Source: Acidobacteriota bacterium | GTDB lineage: Bacteria > Acidobacteriota > UBA6911 > RPQK01 > JAJDTT01 | Assembly (NCBI GenBank): GCA_965263035.1 | Contig: OZ253580.1 | Location: forward strand, 768,001-832,000 | Length of the DNA stretch: 64,000 nucleotides | Direction of reading: 5' to 3' | Shown here: in pieces, positions 19,426 to 29,572 of the stretch | Position numbering within the stretch: position 1 is the stretch's first letter | How the letters are laid out: each line of letters begins with the position of its first letter | Notes under the pieces: generated by a model | Told to the model about the DNA's origin: nothing | The model's input: only the letters and a program-made list of their open reading frames with translations | Databases searched by the model: none | Position numbers and translations under genes: made by a program

Positions 19426-20745
19426 ATGTTTGCAGTTTGGGTCTTCTCCTCTTGTCTGGCCGGGGCAGTCCGGGACGACTCACTCGTCGATCTGCAGATC
19501 ATCACGGTCGCCACCAAATCCCAATTGAACGACGTTCTGTCAGAACTGAAATCGGGCACTCGATTCGACGGCGTCGCGCGCCGAAATTCCAACCATCCCA
19601 CCGCTGACGGCGGCGGTTATCTCGGCCAAATATCCATCGACGACCTCAGCAGGGAGTTGCGCCGGCAGGTGGAAGGAATTCCGCCGGGTTCGATGACTCA
19701 TTTCGTTGACCCGGGTCTGGGCTACGTCGTGGTCCGGAAACTGGAACGGAAAGCCGCAAACCAGGCTTACTCCAGACAGGCGTTACGACTCGGTTCGAGG
19801 TATCTGAATCAGGGCAAGACCCAGGAAGCGATCAAGGAACTCAAGGCGGCTCTCACGCACGATCCGAGGTCGGCCGGCGCCCACCTGATGCTGGGTTACG
19901 TCTACCGGCTCCTTGGCTCCTATCGCATGATCGGCGAAGCGAAGGGGGAGTTCAGGCAGGCACTGTCCATCGATCCCGACAATACCAGTGCCCGATTTCA
20001 TCTGGCCCGCGTCTATCTCGATCTGGGCCGGGCCCGAAAGGCCAAGGAGACCCTGGAAGAGCGATTCAAGACCACTGAGAACACACCTGAACTGCTCTCT
20101 CTCCTGGGGGAAGCGAATCGGCAGTTGGGGGATCCTCGGGTGTCGATTCGGCAGAACGAGTCGGCCGTCATACTGGACCCGGACCTGGCTCAAGCCCACT
20201 ACTACCTGGGATTGGCTCACCTGGATCGAGGTGAAACGGAAGAGGCTCTCAGCCGACTGGACCGCGCCATCTCTTTGCAGGGCGCCACCTCCGACATGGT
20301 TCTCAAGGCGGGTTCCGTCTACCTGCAAGAGGGCGTCCTGCAGAAGGCCACCGAGCTGCTTCGGAAGGCCGTAGAAATCAGTCCCGCGGTTCCGGAAGGG
20401 CGCCTGGAACTGGCCCGCGCCCTTCGCCTCACGGGTCGACCCGACTCGGCCCTCGCGGAGTTGGACTCGGCTCTCTCCTACGCCGGCGGATTCTCGGCTT
20501 CCCGGAAGTACCTGGAGTTCGAGTTGGAGGTCTACCTGGAAAAGGGCCGTGCGTTCGACGCCAAGGGCCCACCGGCGGACGCGATCCGCTCTTATCTTCG
20601 AGTGTTGGAGCTCGACCCCGACCATGGCGAGGCCCACCAGCGGCTGGCCCGGCTGTTCGCATCGACCGGTGATCGGGCCAAGTCGCAGAGACATGCTTCC
20701 AGAGCAAAAGAATTGGGGTACACGGAGCCGGCGGGCGGGCGTTGA
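19426..20745 (+). CDS. Parvulin (PpiC-like) domain + tetratricopeptide repeat protein
   Basis: FDGVARRNSNHPTADGGGYLGQI resembles a rotamase domain and is followed by multiple TPRs (AHLMLGYVY, ARFHLARVY, AHYYLGLAH, LELDPDHGEAH). Start uncertain; the upstream part of ORF 18229 is antisense shadow. Confidence 0.78.
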   Translation: MFAVWVFSSCLAGAVRDDSLVDLQIITVATKSQLNDVLSELKSGTRFDGVARRNSNHPTADGGGYLGQISIDDLSRELRRQVEGIPPGSMTHFVDPGLGYVVVRKLERKAANQAYSRQALRLGSRYLNQGKTQEAIKELKAALTHDPRSAGAHLMLGYVYRLLGSYRMIGEAKGEFRQALSIDPDNTSARFHLARVYLDLGRARKAKETLEERFKTTENTPELLSLLGEANRQLGDPRVSIRQNESAVILDPDLAQAHYYLGLAHLDRGETEEALSRLDRAISLQGATSDMVLKAGSVYLQEGVLQKATELLRKAVEISPAVPEGRLELARALRLTGRPDSALAELDSALSYAGGFSASRKYLEFELEVYLEKGRAFDAKGPPADAIRSYLRVLELDPDHGEAHQRLARLFASTGDRAKSQRHASRAKELGYTEPAGGR

Positions 20746-20747
20746 GA

Positions 20748-22379
20748 CTACGGCTCGGTGACTTGCAGGATCTGATTGGCACGTACTTTCGAAAGAACCT
20801 GCTTCCTGCCGCTGGGCCAGTTCAACTCGATACTCTTGACTTGTCGTTGCCGGCCCAAGCCGAAATAAACCCGGAGGTCGTTGGCGCTCAGGTAACTCGC
20901 CACGTTGTTGATCTGCCTCACCTGAATTCCCTGCTCCGTTTCAATCCGCACGCCGGCACCCAGGCCGAAGGAGTTGCTCTCCCGGCCGCGAGCCTCGATT
21001 GCGATCCAGTTGTTGCGGTTTCCCCCCTCGTTTCTCATTAAAACCGCACGCTCGCCCGAGTTGGACAACGCAATGTCGAGGTCGCCGTCATTGTCATAGT
21101 CTGCAACCGCCGCCCCCCGTCCGACCGCCGGCCGACTGAATGGGGTCCCACTCTTGGCGGAGACATCGAGGAAGTTCGTGCCCAGATTCTCGTAGAGGAG
21201 ATCCGTCTGAGCGTAGGTGAGGTTGGGAAAATAGAGATGAACGTTGTTTTCGGTGTGTCCGTTGGCAACGTAGATGTCCACGTCGCCGTCATTGTCATAG
21301 TCGAAGAGCTTGGTTCCGAATCCCAAGGGAAGAAGTCCGGAGCCTAGTCCCACCCTCTCCGCAACCTCTTCAAAGAGAAGGCCGGGACCGTTCCGGTAAA
21401 GCGCATTGAGTTCGTACGCGAAATTCGTAACGAAGATCTCCGGCAGACCATCCTGGTTCAAATCGGCCGCGTCCACACCCATTCCCGCCTGCGGTTCGCC
21501 GTTGCCGTCGAAACCGACCGCGGCGGCGTAAGTGACGTCGGAGAACGTGCCGTCCCGGTTGTTGCGGTACAGGAAATCCCGAATCGTATCGTTGGCGACG
21601 TAGATGTCCGGATAGCCGTCTCGATCGAAGTCGGAAAAGGTCAACCCCAGGCCCTTGCCGGCCGGATTGGCGATCCCCGCGGAACTCGACACGTCGGAAA
21701 ATGAACCGTCGCCGTTGTTTCGAAAGAGCTGATCCGCCGCTCCCTCGAACATGCGGATGTCGCAGTAGAGACGGTAACCCTCCTTGGGCAGTCCACAGTA
21801 GGGACTGTCTTCCGGATCGTAATCCAGATAGTTGACGACATAGAGGTCGAGGTCTCCGTCGCGATCGAGGTCGAAAAAGCCGGCGCTGCTCCCCCACTGC
21901 CGGCTGTCGACACCGGCCTTCGAGGCCACCTCCCCGAAAGTTCCGTCCCCATGGTTGCGGAACAGTTGATTGGGACCATAGTTGGTCACGTAGAGGTCCA
22001 GCCAGCCGTCGTTGTCGTAGTCTCCCACGGCCACACCCATGCCGTAGGATCCATTGCCTGCGACTCCGGCCTTCACCGTGACGTTTTCGAAAGTCCCGGC
22101 GCCGTCGTTTCGAAAAAGCGCATTTCCAGGTGACGGTTTCTTCTCGGCAATCACTGAACCGTTCACGAAATAAAGATCCAGATGGCCGTCATTATCGTAA
22201 TCGAGCCACGCCACACCGGAACCGACCGTCTCGACGATCAGTTTCCCTTTCGATAGCCCGTTCTCGTGAAGAAAGTCGATTCCGGCCGCCTGGGTGACGT
22301 CGGAGAACACAACCCGGCTGTCCGGCGGCTGTTGCGCAAATTGCTGATGGCACAGGAGAAAACACGCGATTGCAATCAT
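20748..22379 (-). CDS. CRTAC1-like FG-GAP/VCBS repeat protein with C-terminal ASPIC/UnbV domain
   Basis: Repeated DYDNDGxLDLY motifs; C-terminal SNSFGLGAGV..SYLSANDLRVYFGLG..WPSG. Start is 22379 or 22448. Confidence 0.88.
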   Translation of the reverse strand: MIAIACFLLCHQQFAQQPPDSRVVFSDVTQAAGIDFLHENGLSKGKLIVETVGSGVAWLDYDNDGHLDLYFVNGSVIAEKKPSPGNALFRNDGAGTFENVTVKAGVAGNGSYGMGVAVGDYDNDGWLDLYVTNYGPNQLFRNHGDGTFGEVASKAGVDSRQWGSSAGFFDLDRDGDLDLYVVNYLDYDPEDSPYCGLPKEGYRLYCDIRMFEGAADQLFRNNGDGSFSDVSSSAGIANPAGKGLGLTFSDFDRDGYPDIYVANDTIRDFLYRNNRDGTFSDVTYAAAVGFDGNGEPQAGMGVDAADLNQDGLPEIFVTNFAYELNALYRNGPGLLFEEVAERVGLGSGLLPLGFGTKLFDYDNDGDVDIYVANGHTENNVHLYFPNLTYAQTDLLYENLGTNFLDVSAKSGTPFSRPAVGRGAAVADYDNDGDLDIALSNSGERAVLMRNEGGNRNNWIAIEARGRESNSFGLGAGVRIETEQGIQVRQINNVASYLSANDLRVYFGLGRQRQVKSIELNWPSGRKQVLSKVRANQILQVTEP

Positions 22380-22546
22380 TGCAGACCGCAATGCATTGAA
22401 TTGGAATGATGACAATCCCGTGCCGCCGGGACCCCATGTTGGGATCATCCACGGGATTGGGAATTCAGCCGGACGTGTGCCGTCTAAGATCGGGTAGTCA
22501 GAGGGTGTTTGCTCGTTTTCCGCGATCTGCCAGCTTCTCTACGGGA

Positions 22547-24352
22547 TTACCGGGGAATCACCGGGAGAATCACATGCGAGGGATACATCTCGTTGTGATA
22601 GATCGTCTGCGTGGCGACCTTCATCTCCGAGGTCATGCCAAACTCGGCACCGGTGTTCAGATTGCGGGCCCAGCGGGGGAAATTACTGCTGCTGATCTCC
22701 AGCCGAATCTTGCTTCCCGGCTGAAACTCCCAGCTCGTCTCCCAAATGTGGATCGTGTATTCGTACACCTTGCCCGGCTCGATATGGGTTGGATTCTCCA
22801 GAGAGTCGCGGAAGCTGGCTCGAACAACCCCTTCACTGATGTGGACGGACCGGCCGTCGGGCAGGACCTCGGTCAAAACCGCCGTGAAGTCGGTGTCGAC
22901 GGCGCTGGAGGCCGCATGCAGCTTGACCTCGACGGGCCCGGTGACTTCCATCGGTTCCGACAGCGGGTCGGACGTATAGATCAGGACGTCCTGCCGCCTC
23001 TGGACCACCAGCCGGTTCTGCGGGCCTCTCTGGCTCGCGGGAAATTCGGTCTGGCCTCCAACTGTCTCCACCGGATTCGCCGGATCGTAATCGAACGTAT
23101 CCTGAGCGGAATCCGACGAAGGCTTGGAAGTGCCGAGTGTGCCGTCTCCGTAAAGTGAATTGGCCGAGCCTCCACTATCCAGGTAATACTTGGTCCACTT
23201 GGTCCGGGCCAGCGGCCATTCCCACTCGTCCCGCCACTTGTTGGCGCGCATCACGAAAATCCTGAGTGGCGCTTCGGTGTCGACGCCGGTCTTCATTCCC
23301 TTGAGCCAGTAGTCGTACCACCGGACATGTTCATCCAGGATGTCGACGTAGATGTCGGGACCGAAATCGAGGATCGAGGTCTCCATGCGTTTGTTGACGC
23401 TGTGGGTCCAGGGTCCCACCAGGAGCTTGGTCTGGCGGGCCGCCTTGGAACCGCCCTCTTTCCGGAAGCCGTTGAAGTTTCGGAAATTCTCACGCACCAG
23501 GTTGTCGTACCAGCCCGTGATGAAATAGGCGGGCGCCTTGATCTGTCCGTACTTCTCCTTGACCCCGTAGCCCTTCCAATAGTCGTCGTAGGTGGGATGC
23601 TTGATCCAGGTCCGGAACCAGGGCAGATCCGCGATATCGTCCAACGCGGTGATCAGGGGCAGGCGCCAGAAGAACTTGTTCCAATCGAGTATGGGATTCT
23701 CGGTAATTCCTGGTCCGTGCAGAAACTGCATGGTGTGACCGGCCCAGAAGAACCCGGCCACGAAGGTGACGTTGAGCTGCATCACGCCGTCGTTGTAGAG
23801 ATGCCCGAAGTTGGTCTGCTGGCAGACCGACGGGACCATGCACTTGAGGTACTCGCTGCCGTAAACCGACGGCATGATCTGGGTGAACCCTGGGTAGGAG
23901 TACCCGTAGGTCCCCAGATTTCCGTCGCACCACTCCTGCTTGCCGATCCACTCGTGGGTGTCGAACCCGTCCCTGGGATCGTTCACATAAGGATCCCATA
24001 CGCCTTCGGAATCGTGCCGTCCCCTCAAGTCGACCAGCACGGCCGCATATCCGCGCCTGGCGAAGTACAGGGCGTGCTCCATGTCGTTGGAGCCTCTCAT
24101 GTTGTTGTAGGGGGTCATCAAGAGCACGGCGGGAAACTTGCCCGGAGCGTCGGGACGGTAGACATCCGCCGAGAGATGGACTCCGTCCTGCATGGGGACC
24201 AGATTGTGAATCTTGAACTTCACCTGATATTCAGGTTTCGATCGCTCGTTCTGCCCCATGGCGAGAACCATGGTGGCGCCCAGAAGCAAGGGTAGGATCA
24301 ACGGGAAAGAGCGCTCGCTTACAGAAAGCAGATTTTCAACTCCAGAGAGCAT
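22547..24352 (-). CDS. CocE/NonD family serine hydrolase, secreted (paralog 3)
   Basis: VPMQDGVHLSADVYRP, GYSYPG, GWYD, GPWTH, SSSNFPRWARNLNTG; AAGGAG upstream. Confidence 0.9.
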   Translation of the reverse strand: MLSGVENLLSVSERSFPLILPLLLGATMVLAMGQNERSKPEYQVKFKIHNLVPMQDGVHLSADVYRPDAPGKFPAVLLMTPYNNMRGSNDMEHALYFARRGYAAVLVDLRGRHDSEGVWDPYVNDPRDGFDTHEWIGKQEWCDGNLGTYGYSYPGFTQIMPSVYGSEYLKCMVPSVCQQTNFGHLYNDGVMQLNVTFVAGFFWAGHTMQFLHGPGITENPILDWNKFFWRLPLITALDDIADLPWFRTWIKHPTYDDYWKGYGVKEKYGQIKAPAYFITGWYDNLVRENFRNFNGFRKEGGSKAARQTKLLVGPWTHSVNKRMETSILDFGPDIYVDILDEHVRWYDYWLKGMKTGVDTEAPLRIFVMRANKWRDEWEWPLARTKWTKYYLDSGGSANSLYGDGTLGTSKPSSDSAQDTFDYDPANPVETVGGQTEFPASQRGPQNRLVVQRRQDVLIYTSDPLSEPMEVTGPVEVKLHAASSAVDTDFTAVLTEVLPDGRSVHISEGVVRASFRDSLENPTHIEPGKVYEYTIHIWETSWEFQPGSKIRLEISSSNFPRWARNLNTGAEFGMTSEMKVATQTIYHNEMYPSHVILPVIPR

Positions 24353-24596
24353 ATCTTCAACTTCTCCTTCTTATCGAGACCTTTCGAGACGGACTTGCCG
24401 ACAGGTTTTCTTTCCGGGCCGAAGACGATGTCCCTAGGAGCCTGCGCCGCAGAAATTGATCTACTGCGAAAGCGGTAGAATCGGTCCATATTTCCTCGAT
24501 TTCTCGGCGAATAGAACAACTATGCACCTCCAAATCGAGAAAATCCGGCCTCGATTCCCCACTTTCTCGCTACGATCATTTCTACCGCGCAGACTC

Positions 24597-27500
24597 CTAG
24601 AACTCGATATTCAGGCCGAATTGCAGATGCCGCGAATTGCCGGCGTTGCCCATCGTCGCAAAGGCTCCACCCGTGAAAAGCGTATTGGGGAGATCGAAAT
24701 TCGTGTGATTGGTGAGGTTGAAGACATCGACACGAAACTCGACCCGGGCCGCTTCCTGCGCAACGTGCCACGACTTCCAGACCGAAAAATCGATGGTGGT
24801 CCAGCCGGGACCGTCGATGAGGTTGCGTCCGGCATTTCCAAAACGGTAGACACCCGTTTCCGCAGGATCCGGGACCCGCGTGAAAGCCCTCGTGTTGAAC
24901 CACTGCTGGGCGTTGCGGGGTGCGCCGCTGTTGGGATCCCCGGTGAGATCAGGCCGATTGGCTCCTCCCGAGTTGTCGGGGTCGAACGGGCTGCTGATGT
25001 CCACCGCACCCGACGAGGAAAAGGTCCCGATGCTGCTGATGTTCCAATCCCCCAGAATGGCTCCCGCGAATCCGTGGCCGGACCCCCGCATGACCGGAAT
25101 CTGGTAGACGAAGTTGTAGACGAACCGCTGCCGGTAATCGGAAGCGCTGCGCCCTTTTTCCGCGGCGCAGTCAAAAGGATCCCTCTTCACGCTGTCCCCC
25201 AGGTCGGCGAACAGGTTGTTGCCGCCACAATCCAGCCATTTCGAATAGACATAGGAAATGTTGCCCAGGAAACCCTTGCTGAATCCCTGCTTCAGATTGA
25301 CTCTCATGCCGTGATAGGAGGAATTGGCGGTGGGTTGCCTCCAGCCGACCGTCGCCCAATTCTGGTAGGGCCTGCGGGCCACGCGGTTACCGGGACCGGG
25401 AGGGGCCTGGTTCAAGTTTCCGTCCCGGATCAGTTTGGTGCCCTTGTTCCCAATGTAACCGAGCTCGAAGACGGCCGTCTGAGAGAGCGCTCTTTCCACG
25501 GTGACGTTGTACTGCTGGTTGTAACCGTGGGCCCAATCCGCCTGAAATCCCTGCCCCGTCGACGATGGAATTCCGGAGCCGGCGGGAAACGGCCTGTCTA
25601 TGGTGAACACGGGAACACCTGAATCGTCCAACTGATTCACGAAGGTCTGCTGATTCACGAAGGGCTTGTTGAAGCGGACCCGCTGCATATAGAAGGTGTC
25701 AAACGGGGTGTAGAAAATGCCGTAGCTGGCTCGAATGACGGTCTCGTTTCCGCCGAAGGGACGAAGAGCCAGCCCGACCCTGGGGGCCCAGTTGTTCAGG
25801 TCACGCGCCTGCAGCAGCCTTCCATGAGGCCAGCTCGCGTCCGAGATCAACGGATCGAGCATGCGCTCGGCAACGCCGTACTCCGCCGGCAATGCATAGT
25901 GGGACGCGTCCGTGGGGCGCGGGTCTCCCACCAGAATCAGCGATCCCGAAACCGGATCGAACTGCGAGATTCGATCTCTTGAATCGGTATAAGGTGAAAA
26001 GTAGTCCCAGCGAAGACCCAGGTCCAGGGTCAGAATGGAACTGACTTTCCAGGTGTCCTTGAAGTGGATACTGACGTTGTTGTGGCTGTAGTTTCCGAAA
26101 CCGTCCTCCCGGCCCGTGATGGCCGTCCGGTGATACCCGAGCATCAGATCCGACATGGCATAACCGGTGTAGAAAGGGCCGAAAATGAAGTACCCATTGG
26201 GTATGGGTTGGGATCCCCCGTTCTGCTCTCTCTCCCTCCACTCGCCTCCGAATCCAAAGGCATGAGAACCCACGTTCCACGAAATCGTATCTCCGGCGAG
26301 ATAGGTATTGTCCACCCGGTTGTTGGGAGCGTTCAAGAGGGTGCCGGTCCGGCTGAATCCAGTCACGGCCACCCAGGGATTGTACTGAAACAGCGTCGAC
26401 GTCCCCTCGATTCCCAGGAGCTTCGGAACCGGCGTGCCGTAAATCTCATCTTCCAGCGTCTGGGTCATGCGGTTCATGCCCAGTTTCAGTTCATTGACCG
26501 CCGTCGCCCCCAGAACCTTGGTCCAACCCACCCGAGCATTGTGGGCGGGCGTGGAGAAAATGTCGTTGTAGTCGGGGAGTTGGTGGAGGAACTTGTTGTA
26601 GCGCAGGACGCGGTCCTGTTTGTCGTAAATGTAACGGACGTAGATGTTGTCCGAGTCCGTGACGCTGTGGTCCACGCGGAAGACGAACTGGTCGAACACC
26701 TGCTCCTGGACGCGGCTGGGCAGGACGTTGTTGGCGATTCCGGGACGATCGGGCAGGGGCCAAAGCGGGTTGACCTCACCCACTCCGAACATCATGTTGC
26801 GGGCCACCGGATGGATCCGGTTCTCGGGGATGATGTTGCCCGGGAAGGGCTGGCCGGTCAGCGGATCGTTGATCACCGTTCCGGGAAGTATTTCGGAAAA
26901 GTCGCCGTTTCTCATCTTCATGGTGGGGACGCTGGCCGGACGCGTGAGGGACTTGTTGTCCCGGGTCCCCTGGTAGTTGAAGAAGAAAAAGGTCTGGTCC
27001 TTGACGATGGGCCCCCCGGCCGAGGCGCCGAAGATGTTGAATTGCAGGATGGGGACTTCGGACAGACCCTCGCGGACCCGGCTTTCCCGGGACGGATCGA
27101 AGAAATTCCGTGCATTCACCGCCGAGTTGCGATGGTCCCAGAAGACGTTCCCGTGAATTTCATTGGTCCCGGACTTGGTCACCATGTTGACCTGGATGCC
27201 GCTGTTCATTCCGAACTCCGCCGAGTGGGAGTTCATCTGCGACTTCATCTCCCGGGTGGCGTTGCCGCTCAGACGGATATCGATCCGGGAATAGGCCGTG
27301 TCCTTGACGTCCACGCCGTCGATCATGAATCTCGAGCCGTCCGGGGGTGAACCATAGGCGTTCGTCATTCCTCCGAACAGGTCGGTGAAGATCGAGGTCA
27401 AATGGCCGGATACCTTGGCGGCTCCGGCGTCAAGCGAGACCAAGTCGACAAAGGAGTTTTCGCCCCTGAGGGGGAGTTCCTCGATTTGCTGGTTCTCGAC

Positions 27501-27914
27501 CACCATCCCAATGTCGGCGTCGTCGGTCTTGGTCAGAGGCGCCTTGCCTTCCACCTCCACGAGTTCCGTGATTTCACCGACCTCCAAGCTCAGATCGATA
27601 CGAGCGACCTGGTCCACCTGGAGGATGATTCCCGAGATCTCCTGCTTCTTGAAACCGACCAGCTCGCCGCTGACGGAATAGCGGCCGACCGGCAAGAGGC
27701 GGACGTGGTAGTTCCCGGAATCGTCCGCGACGGTGTTTCGGGTCAGAGCCGTGTCCATATTGGTGATCACGACCTCCACGCCCGGAAGCACGCCTCCCGT
27801 TTCGTCGGTCACCGTCCCCACCATCTCCGCCGTCGTCCTTTGAGCGAACGTGCCGGTAAAGCTCAGCAGAAGGAGGAGGATCCCACTCGACAACAAGTTG
27901 ACATTCTTACCCAT
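24597..27914 (-). CDS. TonB-dependent receptor (Oar-like, N-terminal carboxypeptidase regulatory-like domain)
   Basis: GTVTDETGGVLPGVEV, TKSGTNEIHG, NARNFF, LGLRWDY, NNWAPRVGLA, FNLTNHTNF, C-terminal F. Confidence 0.9.
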   Translation of the reverse strand: MGKNVNLLSSGILLLLLSFTGTFAQRTTAEMVGTVTDETGGVLPGVEVVITNMDTALTRNTVADDSGNYHVRLLPVGRYSVSGELVGFKKQEISGIILQVDQVARIDLSLEVGEITELVEVEGKAPLTKTDDADIGMVVENQQIEELPLRGENSFVDLVSLDAGAAKVSGHLTSIFTDLFGGMTNAYGSPPDGSRFMIDGVDVKDTAYSRIDIRLSGNATREMKSQMNSHSAEFGMNSGIQVNMVTKSGTNEIHGNVFWDHRNSAVNARNFFDPSRESRVREGLSEVPILQFNIFGASAGGPIVKDQTFFFFNYQGTRDNKSLTRPASVPTMKMRNGDFSEILPGTVINDPLTGQPFPGNIIPENRIHPVARNMMFGVGEVNPLWPLPDRPGIANNVLPSRVQEQVFDQFVFRVDHSVTDSDNIYVRYIYDKQDRVLRYNKFLHQLPDYNDIFSTPAHNARVGWTKVLGATAVNELKLGMNRMTQTLEDEIYGTPVPKLLGIEGTSTLFQYNPWVAVTGFSRTGTLLNAPNNRVDNTYLAGDTISWNVGSHAFGFGGEWREREQNGGSQPIPNGYFIFGPFYTGYAMSDLMLGYHRTAITGREDGFGNYSHNNVSIHFKDTWKVSSILTLDLGLRWDYFSPYTDSRDRISQFDPVSGSLILVGDPRPTDASHYALPAEYGVAERMLDPLISDASWPHGRLLQARDLNNWAPRVGLALRPFGGNETVIRASYGIFYTPFDTFYMQRVRFNKPFVNQQTFVNQLDDSGVPVFTIDRPFPAGSGIPSSTGQGFQADWAHGYNQQYNVTVERALSQTAVFELGYIGNKGTKLIRDGNLNQAPPGPGNRVARRPYQNWATVGWRQPTANSSYHGMRVNLKQGFSKGFLGNISYVYSKWLDCGGNNLFADLGDSVKRDPFDCAAEKGRSASDYRQRFVYNFVYQIPVMRGSGHGFAGAILGDWNISSIGTFSSSGAVDISSPFDPDNSGGANRPDLTGDPNSGAPRNAQQWFNTRAFTRVPDPAETGVYRFGNAGRNLIDGPGWTTIDFSVWKSWHVAQEAARVEFRVDVFNLTNHTNFDLPNTLFTGGAFATMGNAGNSRHLQFGLNIEF

Positions 27915-28095
27915 CTCGAAACTCGGCCTCCGTGGCTGGTTGATTTAGTGGTTTGCGACCAAAAGGAAAAGAGTCTGGGATGCGGTCACGAGCGCTGGGT
28001 GTTCTACAATCCTCGCCATCAGCCGTCAACGTATTTCGGTGTCGAAAGCAGGTCATCTGTCCGGGCCGATGCCGTGGCGGCTTCCAGCCCGGGGA

Positions 28096-28104
28096 TGCTA
28101 GACT
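28096..28104 (+). promoter_or_regulatory. Candidate extended -10 promoter of tRNA-Arg
   Basis: TGcTAGACT, 10 nt upstream of the tRNA 5' end. Confidence 0.4.
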
Positions 28105-28114
28105 ATTGGTGATT

Positions 28115-28188
28115 GCGCCTGTAGCTCAGAAGGACAGAGCAAGGGGTTCCTAACCCCTGTGCCGCAGGTTCGAGTCCTGCCAGGCGCA
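28115..28188 (+). tRNA. tRNA-Arg(CCT)
   Basis: Acceptor GCGCCTG/CAGGCGC, D arm GCTC/GAGC, anticodon arm AGGGG-TTCCTAA-CCCCT, T arm GCAGG-TTCGAGT-CCTGC. CCA not encoded. Confidence 0.95.
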
Positions 28189-28228
28189 AAAAAGACTAAT
28201 TGACTGAATACCGCAGGAGGGTTGTTTT

Positions 28229-29008
28229 GTGGCTCGCAGGTTGACGCGCAGGGAGATCGTTCAAGAGGACCGGATCTACTCGATATTGAGCCGGATTTCC
28301 CAGTGGACGGTGGGAAATCGGACTCAGTTGGTGGCGGGATCGGGGATCGTGGTGGTGAGCCTGCTGGGTTATTATATCTGGGAGGGCTATCGCGAAAGCT
28401 CCATCCAGGAAGCTCAGAAGTTGTTCGCCGAGGCGCTGGACACCTACCACGCCCCGGTCAAGGAATTGATTCCCGAACCCGGCTCCGATCCTGACGGTCA
28501 GAACCAGTCCCGGGATCCGGCGCCGGAGTACCGTTTCGAGACCGTATCGGAACGGCGGGCGGCCTCCGAAGCGGAGTTCGAAAAGGTATCGAGCGACTAC
28601 CCCGACACCCGCCTCGGCTTTTTCTCCCGCTATTACCTGGGACTGATTCAGCGGCAGAGCCAGGACGGGGAGAAGGCCCGACAGCATCTGAAATGGGTCG
28701 TGGAAAACAGCGGCGACAGCGACGTCAGAAACCTGTCACGAAACGTCCTGGCGGACATTGCACTGGGGGAGGAGAATCACGAGGAGGCCCTGACTTACCT
28801 CCAACAGCTCCTGGGAGACCCCACTCCCCAGGTCCCGGAGCAGACCGTCTTGATGCGGATCGCCCGGACTCACGAGGCTCTGGGCAATATCGAGCAGGCT
28901 CTGGAGAGCTACAAGAAGATCACGAACGATTACCCCACCAGCACCCAAGCCCCGGAGGCTCAGTCCGAGATCGATCGCCTGGAACCGGACCCCGTCCCCC
29001 AAGCCTGA
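28229..29008 (+). CDS. Membrane-anchored tetratricopeptide repeat protein (YfgM-like)
   Basis: AGGAGG before GTG; N-terminal RLTRREIVQED, one TM helix, TPR helices ending YPTSTQAPEA. Confidence 0.75.
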   Translation: MARRLTRREIVQEDRIYSILSRISQWTVGNRTQLVAGSGIVVVSLLGYYIWEGYRESSIQEAQKLFAEALDTYHAPVKELIPEPGSDPDGQNQSRDPAPEYRFETVSERRAASEAEFEKVSSDYPDTRLGFFSRYYLGLIQRQSQDGEKARQHLKWVVENSGDSDVRNLSRNVLADIALGEENHEEALTYLQQLLGDPTPQVPEQTVLMRIARTHEALGNIEQALESYKKITNDYPTSTQAPEAQSEIDRLEPDPVPQA

Positions 29009-29053
29009 CCTCGGTTTTTCCAGACCTGCCCGGTACTTGCAAGGGTTCGGCGA

Positions 29054-29569
29054 TCAGTACTTGAGGAGCGAGAAGATCTCCACGCCGGGGACCTTGGATC
29101 TCCCCTGAAGAAACTCCAGTTCCACCAGAAAGGCCGCGCCCACCAGGTTTGCCTCCAAGCGGCGGACCAACTCCACGGCGGCGGCGGCCGTGCCACCCGT
29201 GGCCATCAGATCGTCCACGATGAGGACCCGCTCTCCGGCTTCGATGGCGTCCTCGTGGATCTCGATACGATCCTGCCCGTACTCCAGGTCGTAGGCGACC
29301 TCCAGGGTCTTGGCGGGAAGCTTGCCCGGCTTCCTGACCGGGACGAATCCGGCTCCCAGACGGGTAGCGATGGCCGGCGCCAGGATGAATCCCCTCGATT
29401 CGATCCCCACCACCTTGTCGATCTCGGAACCGGCATAGCGAGCCGCCATGAGATCGATGGCCTGACGCAGCCCGTCAGCGTCCTTCAGCAGGGTCGTCAC
29501 GTCATAGAAGAGGATACCCTCCTTGGGAAAGTCAGGGATCTCCCGGATTTTCTTCTTCAATTCCTCCAC
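29054..29569 (-). CDS. apt: Adenine phosphoribosyltransferase
   Basis: [37 protein letters not shown] motif [13 protein letters not shown]. Confidence 0.96.
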   Translation of the reverse strand: MEELKKKIREIPDFPKEGILFYDVTTLLKDADGLRQAIDLMAARYAGSEIDKVVGIESRGFILAPAIATRLGAGFVPVRKPGKLPAKTLEVAYDLEYGQDRIEIHEDAIEAGERVLIVDDLMATGGTAAAAVELVRRLEANLVGAAFLVELEFLQGRSKVPGVEIFSLLKY

Positions 29570-29572
29570 GGC

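Noticed and set aside
22413-22459. 10-bp inverted repeat CAATCCCGTG/CACGGGATTG as a terminator
   Set aside because: Long loop, no U-tract, and it may overlap the CRTAC1-like start region; function unsupported.
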